From positions 1-64,000 of the IMG/VR virus record IMGVR_UViG_3300011989_000005: a stretch of 64,000 bases of DNA. The stretch is one strand, 5' to 3'. The notes beneath the pieces were generated by a model. That model ran no database searches. It was not told the origin of the DNA and saw nothing but the letters and a program-made list of their open reading frames with translations. The DNA is from a virus (lineage: Duplodnaviria; Caudoviricetes). Each line of letters starts with the position of its first letter. Position 1 is the first letter of the stretch. The translations under genes and the position numbers were made by a program. Below are positions 1-8,658 of this stretch, in pieces.

Positions 1-121
1 CCCAGCCACTCCCCCACCCTGCCGACGAACGCTTTGCGTTCCTCCGCCGTCATATCATCGATCCCTTTCAGGTAATCACGTACAAGTATTTTCCTGATCA
101 TATCGCCGTTAAACTAAGTTG

Positions 122-349
122 CTAAAAGAAAATTGCCCACACCAAAACTAATTGTATCAGCTGTCCGATCACTCCACCCAGCATCGTGCAGAACCAGTCT
201 TTCCAGTCCCACTTTCCGCCCCACTTGTAATCCTTAAACTCCATCTCCGTCGCCACTCCCAGCACGCAAAATATGGTGAAAAACACCCCGATGGGTATAG
301 CCCAACCGAAGTGTTGCCACCGCGTCTTGTCTTCAAAAACAATAGCCAT
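122..349 (-). CDS. small membrane protein
   Basis: 75 aa, hydrophobic segments, GGKWDWKDW; TGCCCTTG-type element upstream. Confidence 0.6.
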   Translation of the reverse strand: MAIVFEDKTRWQHFGWAIPIGVFFTIFCVLGVATEMEFKDYKWGGKWDWKDWFCTMLGGVIGQLIQLVLVWAIFF

Positions 350-372
350 AATGTGTCGTATTTTAAACTACG

Positions 373-438
373 TTTGAACTTGCTCACGCTCAGCCGTCGA
401 TGCAAGCATCACGGCCTTCGCTTAATCGCAAATTTGTC
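373..438. repeat. Prevotella-type dispersed palindromic element
   Basis: imperfect hairpin ending GCTTAATCGCAAATTT; similar element at 27833-27900. Confidence 0.3.
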
Positions 439-504
439 TTTTCGCCCAAGATAGTATAGGCACAATCCAAAAGCAAGGGCAGAGTTCGACGACAGTCAAG
501 GACA

Positions 505-685
505 GTTACGCAACCGCACAACCATGTGGTTGCAAGAACGCATAACCGTTTGTTGCATAATTGCCCAACTGCCAAACCGAGCAACCACAAAACTACACAA
601 CCGCACAACAACCCGACCGCACAGCGTAAGAAGTTAATTTTTCATAATACTTTGCGGTTTTGCGGTTGCAAAGTTGTGCGGTTGC
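505..685. repeat. array of ~8-bp CAACCGCA-like repeats (putative centromere/operator)
   Basis: many direct and inverted copies overlapping the parA promoter. Confidence 0.7.
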
Positions 686-704
686 AAAATTATTTCTATC
701 TTTG
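674..704 (+). promoter_or_regulatory. Bacteroidota sigma-A promoter of parA operon
   Basis: TATCTTTG (-7 box) at 697-704. Confidence 0.65.
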
Positions 705-859
705 CCGTCGCTACATTTAGAGTTCCTTGATAAGGGACGGCTTTAATGCAGGGATTAAGCTACAACGGTCCCTGGCAAGCGAGCAATACATTATTATAAT
801 AATAAAAGCTACACGAAACAATGAAACATGATTCACCGATTCCCATAACAGGGATTATC

Positions 860-1065
860 GTATTCGCACAGTTATGCGGTTGTGCGGTTCGGCAACCGCA
901 TAAAAACATAGTTGTGCGGACGCATAGTTACACATTCACAATACCGCACAATCAGGCAGTCGCACATTTCTGCGGTCGCATAACCGTAAGGTCACATAAC
1001 TGTACAACCACACAACCAGGCAACCGCCAGTCTGTGTAACCGCACAATCGGGCAACCGCAAAACA
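860..1065. repeat. second CAACCGCA-like repeat array
   Basis: same 8-bp units in both orientations. Confidence 0.7.
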
Positions 1066-1101
1066 AATCACATTATTATAATCAAATAAAGCTACACAAT
1101 T

Positions 1102-1968
1102 ATGACACGTAAAAAAGCTACACATCTGCGGCACATTGTCGCAGTATCGAACAACAAGGGTGGGGCAGGCAAGACCACCACAGTGCTCAACCTCGCAGCG
1201 GCCATCGCACAGCGTGGTTATCGCGTGCTCGTCATCGACACCGATCCTCAGTGTAACCTATCCCTCTCCGTAGGGTGGGACCCGCAGCGCGAAGGTACTA
1301 AGACGGTCCTCGGCGAGCCGACCATCTTCAATGCCATCTGCCTCGGTCAGAACATCCCTGTCTATCGCAACGATATCGGGCTGTACTACACACCCTCATC
1401 GCCACGCATGGAAGATGCCGACGTGCATTTGAACTCCGCAGACGTCACCGATCCCGTGCGCGTACTGAAGGGGCTCTTCGCCGAACCTATCGACGACCAC
1501 ACTGGCGAGGGTCTGACGGAGTGGGAGAGCGCCTTTGATTTCATCTTCATAGACACTCAGCCTGCCATGAGTCGCGTCACGGTCAACGTCATCTGCGCCG
1601 CCACAGGTATCATCATTCCGGTAGAACTGGAACCGCTGGCCGTCGACGGATACGTGAAAACCATCGGTAAGATCATGAAGATTAAGAAGGTGTCGAATCC
1701 TGCCCTGCAGATACACGGTGTGCTGCTCACCAAGAAGGACTCCCGCCTGAACTCGGCTAAGAGTCTGGAGGAACTGCTGCGCGACGAGGGCGACGTGTTC
1801 AAGACTACCATCCGCCGCACCAACGACGTGCCTTCTTCTCAAGATCGTGACTTCGACCCGGAGCCAGGTGTCTGTCACGATATCTTCTCCTACCGCCGTA
1901 AGCGTGGTCATGCCGACGAAGATTTTATCGCCCTGGCCGACGAGTATCTGAAGCGGTGGGGAAAATAG
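1102..1968 (+). CDS. parA: ParA/Soj partition ATPase
   Basis: KGGAGKTT deviant Walker A, IDTDPQ, FIFIDT. Confidence 0.95.
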   Translation: MTRKKATHLRHIVAVSNNKGGAGKTTTVLNLAAAIAQRGYRVLVIDTDPQCNLSLSVGWDPQREGTKTVLGEPTIFNAICLGQNIPVYRNDIGLYYTPSSPRMEDADVHLNSADVTDPVRVLKGLFAEPIDDHTGEGLTEWESAFDFIFIDTQPAMSRVTVNVICAATGIIIPVELEPLAVDGYVKTIGKIMKIKKVSNPALQIHGVLLTKKDSRLNSAKSLEELLRDEGDVFKTTIRRTNDVPSSQDRDFDPEPGVCHDIFSYRRKRGHADEDFIALADEYLKRWGK

Positions 1969-2010
1969 CGTAACCACACAACCGCACGTTTTTGCAGTTG
2001 TGCGGTTATG
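1969..2010. repeat. third short CAACCGCA-like array
   Basis: TAACCACACAACCGCA...TTGTGCGGTTA right after parA stop. Confidence 0.6.
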
Positions 2011-2083
2011 GAATAGCAATTTAAATATCTAATAAAAAGCTGATATTTTTAAGAAAATCATACAATCAAAAAGCAATATCATC

Positions 2084-2518
2084 ATGGCAACAAAGAAAGA
2101 ACAACCGCGTCGCCGTTCACTGAACGACCGCCTCGATGCCGAACTTGCCAGTTCCGAAAGCATCCCCGTGGCAGGCATCACCAACGAACCGCAGCAGCCG
2201 GCACAGGCTGAAGTACAGAACCCGACAGGTCAGAGTAGGGTAGAACCACCTGTCACATCGCATAATACTGACACCACTCAGGACTTTGCCGGAAAGACTG
2301 GTCCCGACTTCCCCACTAAGAAGGCAACGACCATCATGCCGAAGGAGGTGTTCGCCGCCCTGCAGCGTTATTGCATCGACACTGACATCCCGAAGCACCG
2401 CGCCCTCTATCTGTTCATCATCGACGGTCTGCACGCCAAGCACGTCATCACCGACGACGACTACCAGCGTTTCCGTGACATGGCATCGCAGCTCACCACC
2501 ACCTACGAGAAGAAGTAG
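2084..2518 (+). CDS. putative centromere-binding partner (disordered N-term, RHH-like C-term)
   Basis: follows parA; Arg-rich N-term; ATTIMPKEVFAALQRYC beta-alpha pattern. Confidence 0.55.
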   Translation: MATKKEQPRRRSLNDRLDAELASSESIPVAGITNEPQQPAQAEVQNPTGQSRVEPPVTSHNTDTTQDFAGKTGPDFPTKKATTIMPKEVFAALQRYCIDTDIPKHRALYLFIIDGLHAKHVITDDDYQRFRDMASQLTTTYEKK

Positions 2519-2540
2519 CACCTAAAAACAGAAAGGATTT

Positions 2541-2957
2541 ATGAAACGGTACAGTCACGATTACACTAAGGCAGCAGATGTAGAAAACCACCTCTACGCT
2601 GCACAGCAGCTGAACGCTCACGATGACCCCATCGAGGCATGGAAACACATCGAGGATGCCAGACGACTTCTGCAAGAATATCTGGCACAAGACAACATGG
2701 TTCCTGATGATAACACTGAGAACGGCTGGGTACGCGCCAGCGATGCGTTTGACGATAACGAACTTGATTTCATCCGCGACAATTTGACCGATTTACTTGA
2801 CAGTATATACACCAGACCATCTATTGCCAACGAAGCACTGGCAATTATCAACCACTGTCAGAGAATACTGCTATGTCCAGAGTTTGACAGTGTTGAACAA
2901 TTCCGAAATAATAAATCGAATAAATGGACGGAAATTCAAACATGTAATCACAACTAA
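2541..2957 (+). CDS. hypothetical protein
   Basis: 138 aa ORF in operon. Confidence 0.65.
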   Translation: MKRYSHDYTKAADVENHLYAAQQLNAHDDPIEAWKHIEDARRLLQEYLAQDNMVPDDNTENGWVRASDAFDDNELDFIRDNLTDLLDSIYTRPSIANEALAIINHCQRILLCPEFDSVEQFRNNKSNKWTEIQTCNHN

Positions 2958-2969
2958 AAGCTACACATT

Positions 2970-3494
2970 ATGAACACCAATTTCAAAGTCATCGTCGAGA
3001 CTGGGCAGGGTAGGGAGGTACACCCTGCCGCCTCGCTCGCTGAAGCCATCACCATCTACCGCGAGCAGATGGAGCAGTACCCACAACAGCAAATCCACCT
3101 CCTGCGCGACATGCCTATGCAGACCACCAGTTCCGCTTCGCAGCCGTCGCAACCGAAGGTGGTGCGCCACGGCCAGATAGACCGCCAGTACAATTCACAA
3201 CTCGACGGTGTGGGCAATCCCGACTGTCCGCTCTATGAAAAAGATGTCCGCATCACTGGCACCTTTGAGCAGATAGGCATGAGTCGCGACGACGTGGCCG
3301 CCGCCTGTCAGCGCCTCGGTGCCAAGTCGGCACGCGAGGGTATCTGCAAGAGCATGGATGTCGTCATCATCGGTAACAACCCCGGTCCCACTAAGCAGCA
3401 GAAGATAGAGGCATTGCGCAAGGAAGGTTACGACATCACCACAATTTCGCAGTTTGACTTCAAGGAAATTCTAAACAAGTACGGCAACCCGTGA
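2970..3494 (+). CDS. BRCT-domain protein
   Basis: VRITGTF..SRDD..LGAK..VVIIGNNPGPTK, ligase-type BRCT. Confidence 0.8.
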   Translation: MNTNFKVIVETGQGREVHPAASLAEAITIYREQMEQYPQQQIHLLRDMPMQTTSSASQPSQPKVVRHGQIDRQYNSQLDGVGNPDCPLYEKDVRITGTFEQIGMSRDDVAAACQRLGAKSAREGICKSMDVVIIGNNPGPTKQQKIEALRKEGYDITTISQFDFKEILNKYGNP

Positions 3495-3514
3495 CAATTC
3501 GTCACGCTTTCATC

Positions 3515-3555
3515 ACCGCCAGACGATCCACCATGACCGCCTGGCGGTTTTCTTT
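3515..3555 (+). terminator. intrinsic terminator
   Basis: ACCGCCAG...CTGGCGGT followed by T-run. Confidence 0.6.
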
Positions 3556-3576
3556 GTGATAGAATAGGGTAGGGTA

Positions 3577-4498
3577 GCTCCCAATAGGACAAACCTCCCG
3601 CCTATAATTCAATCTTCGGGCACGCACGTTGAGACAGCAGCACACTACACGTACTTTCCGGACATCGCCCCAGCGTCGGGCGCCTGTCCTTCACCGTCAG
3701 TGTGTTGAATGTCGTGACGGGTGTGCAGCAGTCAGATAGATGCAAGGCGCAGATCGGAGTGTGGTAGGGCAGTTCCCGACAGGACAAACCATGACATGAA
3801 GCCCGTTCTTTAAACCTCCCATCAGGACAAACCTTGCCTATCAGTCTGAAAACCTCCCGACAGGACAAACCGCCGAAAACACTCGAATAAAGTTCCCGTT
3901 AGGACAAACTCTTAACGGAATTTTATTTGCACAGGAAATCCATATTATACGCAAGTACATGATAATCAGCGGCTTTTTATTTGCTTGTAACTTGCCAACA
4001 ATAAAAAAGTACCCCTAATAGACTTGATCACAAGGGACCGCTTCAAGTTAAAAACTCATCTTTCATAATATAGAAGAAAGAAAAAAACTCTCGTTCGTCG
4101 TTTTTGGGATATCATTAAGTATATATAGAATAACGTATATAGAATACAGGTGGCAGACAGTGATTGATTATCAGCGACTTACAAAACAAAGTTTGTCCTA
4201 TTGGGAACTATATCGGCACGGATGTTTGTCCTTTCAGGAACTGCAGTTTGTTCCATCGGGAGGATTTGGTTTATCCTATTGGGAACCGTTTTCCCATCGA
4301 GGTTTGTCCTAATGGGAGGCAATAACGGCATAGTTTGTCCTATCGGGAGCCTTATCTAAGGCGGAGGTTTGTCCTAATGGGAGCCATATTGCAACTATTT
4401 TGTTTTCACGGGAGCGTTATACGCACGCACACGGTTTGTCTTATTCGGAACCGCGTTGTTTGTCCTATTAGGAAACGCAACTTTATCTTTTTAGGAAC
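3577..4498. repeat. iteron-type replication origin
   Basis: 5 copies TCCCnnnAGGACAAAC (+), then ~11 inverted copies (some degenerate), flanking an AT-rich core with an IHF-like site, directly upstream of rep. Confidence 0.85.
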
Positions 4499-4569
4499 TA
4501 TAAAAACATAACTGATTGATAGTCAAAACAAATAAATTTCGCTATCTGAACAAAATATTTCCGAAAAAA

Positions 4570-4601
4570 TTTGGAAATAAGAAAATAAAAATCTATCTTT
4601 G
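4570..4601 (+). promoter_or_regulatory. rep promoter
   Basis: TTTG (4570) and TATCTTTG (4594). Confidence 0.75.
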
Positions 4602-4668
4602 CAGCAGATTTCTTGGGAGGCAACGCTACAACTGCCGAACAGATACCGAGACATAAAGCTACACGAAT

Positions 4669-5925
4669 ATGCCGAGAAAGAAGAAGAAAGGTGTTACCGT
4701 TCAGGTGAACGAACTCATTACCCAGCCACGCAAGATGGCAAGCCTTCCTGCGCTCAACAGCCGTATCGGGCAGCGCACGATGCTGGCTGTGCTCCAGCGT
4801 CTGCAGGGATTGTTTAATCTGGCCAAGGAGAAAGAGAACATGCGGGTGAAGGACCGCCAGTTGTATTTCAACTTTGAGTCTGAGGACTTCGAGGTGAAAC
4901 GCAAATCGACCGCCGGCTACAACGAGGGCGACGTGCTTTTTAACCTGTCGCTCTCCGATATCGCCGAGCCCAACCACTATCCGGAGGTGCGCGAGGCGTT
5001 GGGGTCGTTGCTCAATATCCACGTGCTGGTTCCTATTCCCGAGGAACCTGGCCACTTCCGCACTGAGTCGCTTATGCAGATCAAGGGAGAGTTCGATAAG
5101 GACGGCAAGTTTGTCGGTACCGACTTCGGTGTCATCGTTCCGCGCCTGGCTGCTGAAAGCATTCTCGACATCAACCTCTTGGGCGGCTACTCCCGCTTCC
5201 TGCTCTTCACCGCCTCACAGTTTCGCAGCGAGTATGCCTATTCGCTTTACATCCGTCTGTCGGAGGAGTGGCGTCGTCGTCGAACGAACGTCTTTGACAT
5301 CGACTACGAGGATCTTCGCCAGAATATGGGCTTTGTCGTTGAGCAACAGACGGTGAAGGACAAGAATGGCAAGGAAAGAGTTGTCACCGTTGACCACACC
5401 AAGAAGCACAGTTCATGGTCTCTCTTCTGCCGCTATATCCTCGACCAGACTCAACAAGAACTTTTGGCCATGTCGCAGCGCACACCGCCTGTCACCGACT
5501 TTACCTTCGAGTATGAGGGGCGGCTGGGCAGTGGCACTCTTCCGAAGTACAAGCGTCCCGATGTCGTGCGCTTTACTATTATCCCCACCAGCGTCGGAAA
5601 GCAGTTGTCGTCCGACAATGTATTTGCTTCGCAGAGCATCCAGGTCCGCCGTATGATGACTGATGTGTTCAAGCTCACAGAGGGACAGGCGCGTACTTTC
5701 ATGCGTCGCATAACCCCCGACAATGTGGATGGATTGCTGCAGCATATGGAGCAGTGGCAGGCTGACATAAAGAACGGTCGTCGTAAGACATCCAACCGTG
5801 CGGCATGGGTGTGGACCTGCATCGACAACTATCTGAGTCAGTCGGTGGTGTCAGTTCAGGCAGCGGTAGAAGTGAAAGAAGAATCCGGCGGTTCCAAGCC
5901 TGCTGAGATGGAAGAATGGAAGTGA
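4669..5925 (+). CDS. Rep_3/RepB-like replication initiator
   Basis: NELITQP, FRSEYAYSLY, YEDLRQ, RYILD winged-helix pattern; adjacent iterons. Confidence 0.8.
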   Translation: MPRKKKKGVTVQVNELITQPRKMASLPALNSRIGQRTMLAVLQRLQGLFNLAKEKENMRVKDRQLYFNFESEDFEVKRKSTAGYNEGDVLFNLSLSDIAEPNHYPEVREALGSLLNIHVLVPIPEEPGHFRTESLMQIKGEFDKDGKFVGTDFGVIVPRLAAESILDINLLGGYSRFLLFTASQFRSEYAYSLYIRLSEEWRRRRTNVFDIDYEDLRQNMGFVVEQQTVKDKNGKERVVTVDHTKKHSSWSLFCRYILDQTQQELLAMSQRTPPVTDFTFEYEGRLGSGTLPKYKRPDVVRFTIIPTSVGKQLSSDNVFASQSIQVRRMMTDVFKLTEGQARTFMRRITPDNVDGLLQHMEQWQADIKNGRRKTSNRAAWVWTCIDNYLSQSVVSVQAAVEVKEESGGSKPAEMEEWK

Positions 5926-5947
5926 GGTTTTGAAATAAATTCAAACT

Positions 5948-6847
5948 ATGAAAGACTATCAACAACTATGGGTCTCATGCCTGCAGGATATCAAGGAAAG
6001 GCTGATAAAAGTAGATAAAAGCGGATGGGTTTATAAGACATGGTTCGAGTCCGTCGTGTTCGAGAACTATGACGAAGAAAAGGATGCCATTCTTTTGCAA
6101 GTGCCCGACGTGCATGTGTATGAGTACCTGGAGCACTTCTATGCACCCCTCTTGAAAAAGATGATGGGATTATACTTCAGTCCGAAGACGACGCTGCTCT
6201 ACCGCATCGCGAAACGTCAGGAACCCCAGTTTGCCGACATCGCTGCCTACCTGAAGGAACATGGCGGCTATCGCCCCGACAGCGACCTCTACAACATCCA
6301 TGTGGATGATGCCGAGAAACGGCTGAAGGACGGGCTGCACTATTTTCTGAAAGGCAGCGAGCAATGGCTGCCTGCTTACGACCAGATAGTCTCCTGGCTT
6401 CAGGACAACAAGGGTAGGGGACTTCTCTGTATCGGACATCCTGGTCTGGGAAAGACACTCCTGTGCGAGAAGATTCTTCCCGTCATACTTGGTAATGGCG
6501 GCCGACCCATACCCTACGTAAGTGGTCCCGATATCTGTCACAGGCTCGATGAGTTGCTGAAGGAGCGTATTGTCATCATCGACGATCTGGGAAAGGAACC
6601 TGTCGAAGCCACCGTCAAATACTTGCGTCGCCGACCGTTCTTCGAGCTCTGCAACAATGCCGAGCGCACCGGGCAGCTGCTCCTTATCACCACCAATCTT
6701 GCCACCGCACGTCCTGCCTCCTGGCCTGCCGACCGTCCGTGGCCGTGGCCGGATAGTATCGAACACCGTTACGGTGCCGAAGTACTCGACCGCCTGAAGG
6801 TCATCACGAAGCTGGTAAGATTCGAGGGCACCAGTCTGCGGCAGTAG
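5948..6847 (+). CDS. DnaA N-terminal domain fused to DnaC/IstB-like ATPase
   Basis: LW...YKTWF N-term; GHPGLGKT, IIDDLGKE, ITTN, RYG...DRL...GTSLR. Confidence 0.8.
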   Translation: MKDYQQLWVSCLQDIKERLIKVDKSGWVYKTWFESVVFENYDEEKDAILLQVPDVHVYEYLEHFYAPLLKKMMGLYFSPKTTLLYRIAKRQEPQFADIAAYLKEHGGYRPDSDLYNIHVDDAEKRLKDGLHYFLKGSEQWLPAYDQIVSWLQDNKGRGLLCIGHPGLGKTLLCEKILPVILGNGGRPIPYVSGPDICHRLDELLKERIVIIDDLGKEPVEATVKYLRRRPFFELCNNAERTGQLLLITTNLATARPASWPADRPWPWPDSIEHRYGAEVLDRLKVITKLVRFEGTSLRQ

Positions 6848-6854
6848 CCATTTC

Positions 6855-7457
6855 TCATTTAGAGCCATGCACCGTTCGCTTCTGCCTTCTCTGCCACTCC
6901 CGCCTGATCGCGTCGATGTGTATATCTGATGTTCCAGTGGTGTCGCAGAAGTCCTCAACCATCTCCACGGCGGGATAAAAGTCCCCGTTCCGCTGGCGAC
7001 GGTACTCACGATCATATTCCTCCACGGCTTGCCAGAACCGTTCTCTAAGGAAGCGGTTCATCAGCGTGGCTTGTTTTGTGGTGAAACATGTGTCGTTCGT
7101 CCATGGTCTCAGCACACCGTCCTGTGTAAGGCGCATTTTCGGGCACTCAATAGGCACGAACTGTGCCATCCCCTGCCGGTCTATGCCGTATGCCCTCTTG
7201 GTCACCTCCTCGTTCAGCGTCAGTCCCGCATCAATCATGTTGTAGAGTGTTGCCGACATCGTGCATGTCACTGGTCGTCGTTCCAAGGTGTCCTCCGCCG
7301 TCTCCATACGCAGGATATCTCTCGCACCTCTCATGTGCTGCACGCAAATCACGTTCTTCCCGTCCACCCTCACTGCTCCTCCTAACTCATTCCTTAACCA
7401 GCCGTGTGTATACTCTGCCATCCTGAGCCACACAATTGCCGGCACTTTGTAAGCCAT
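6855..7457 (-). CDS. hypothetical protein
   Basis: ORF; start moved to MAYKVP because a TATCTTTG promoter box lies at 7500-7493. Confidence 0.7.
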   Translation of the reverse strand: MAYKVPAIVWLRMAEYTHGWLRNELGGAVRVDGKNVICVQHMRGARDILRMETAEDTLERRPVTCTMSATLYNMIDAGLTLNEEVTKRAYGIDRQGMAQFVPIECPKMRLTQDGVLRPWTNDTCFTTKQATLMNRFLRERFWQAVEEYDREYRRQRNGDFYPAVEMVEDFCDTTGTSDIHIDAIRREWQRRQKRTVHGSK

Positions 7458-7599
7458 TAGGTTCCTGTAGTGAAAATAATTTTTATCAGGCGCAAAGATA
7501 CAAAATAATTTCCAGACCTCCATCACATTCTTTGCTATTTATTCCTGCATATTTGTTCAGTTTGCCAGACCCATGTCCTTTACAGTTGCTTGCAAATTG

Positions 7600-8020
7600 T
7601 GCGGACAGTACTGATAATCAGATAGTTATAAGTTCTTTTTAGAGAAGTCAGTTAGAACGCTTACAGTTGTCTACAAACTAAGAATGAAAATTTAAAGCGT
7701 TGACTATCAATTATTTAAAATACCGCTTGCGCTCCAATTTCGCACAGTGGAATGAAAACACGCCAAACTTTTCTCTTTATAATTATTACATATTTCTAAT
7801 CACACACACACGATAAATTCCCCGCACCCCAAATTAAATTATAATTAGAGATATTTAAAGAAGAAAAGAGGTTGATTATCAATTAGTTATAATATTATAT
7901 ATATGTTATGTGACATTTTTTTAATTAAATTTTATTTGGAAATATAGTAATAATTCTACATTTACCGCATTTTTACCGCAAAAAATATTGTAACCAACTG
8001 ATATATAAATGTTTATAGAT
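7600..8020. promoter_or_regulatory. AT-rich region with IHF-like sites
   Basis: WATCARNNNNTTR matches at 7616, 7705, 7877. Confidence 0.4.
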
Positions 8021-8161
8021 GCGACAAAATCACATATTCAGTTTGTGCCGCCAAACCGTCAGAAAAACTTTATAGACACGGAATGCCCTGTGCATCGGCA
8101 TTTCAGACTGATTCATCGTCAGCAAACAAAAATTGCCCGTCAATTTAATGGGGCGCATTGA

Positions 8162-8190
8162 TTTGCTCTCACAGAAAATGAGTACCTTTG
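8162..8190 (+). promoter_or_regulatory. promoter for tRNA/sRNA transcript
   Basis: TTTG (8162) and TACCTTTG (8183). Confidence 0.7.
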
Positions 8191-8306
8191 CAGCGGCGAA
8201 TTTGTCATCTCGACTAAGAAAAAACATATTGCGACGAAGTTACGCCACCATAAAACGCATGGTTCCTCCATCCCCATTCCACCTCCATGCGTCTTCGTCG
8301 CTTCCT

Positions 8307-8390
8307 GGGTAAGCGCCGAAGTTGGAGAGACGGGGCAGACTGTAAATCTGCTGGCTAACGCCTGAGTAGGTCCGAATCCTTCCTTACCCA
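8307..8390 (+). tRNA. tRNA-Tyr(GTA)
   Basis: GGGTAAG/CTTACCC acceptor, GCAGA-CTGTAAA-TCTGC anticodon arm, long variable arm; T-loop TCCGAAT; CCA not encoded. Confidence 0.9.
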
Positions 8391-8615
8391 CATAGGATGA
8401 ATTTCTTCATACACCGCCGCGAGGCGCCTCTTGTACAACAATTTCTTTGCCGCTGTGAAGCGGGTGACATAAGTTTTTTGATTTGTTTTAGTAGATTAGT
8501 TTTTAAGTAGTTTGTTTTTGCCGGTCACTCCGGCAAACCATCGGGAGGCTCGCGTGTAGCTCCTCTCGTTTCGGCAGCCGCCCCGTTGTAGCACTCTGGG
8601 CGGCTGCCCTTGTCT
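8391..8615 (+). ncRNA. putative antisense sRNA in tRNA 3' trailer
   Basis: non-coding, several hairpins; last two loops carry TGTAGC complementary to rep/parA leaders. Confidence 0.6.
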
Positions 8616-8658
8616 TTCATGCTTCCAACGGATATTTTGCCGAAAATATATTAGCGAT

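Noticed and set aside
821-1039. 72-aa ORF upstream of parA
   Set aside because: Runs through the octamer array and looks like translated repeats; not called, although its ATG follows an AAAGCTACACG site, so a leader-peptide role is possible.
3577-4498. Iterons as CRISPR repeats
   Set aside because: ~16-19 nt units in two orientations with irregular spacing, directly upstream of a Rep gene.
7885-7920. dif-like XerCD site
   Set aside because: Lacks a convincing TTATGTTAAA arm; explained by AT-richness.
8307-8390. Suppressor tRNA / stop-codon recoding
   Set aside because: Anticodon is GTA (Tyr), and long genes read normally in code 11.
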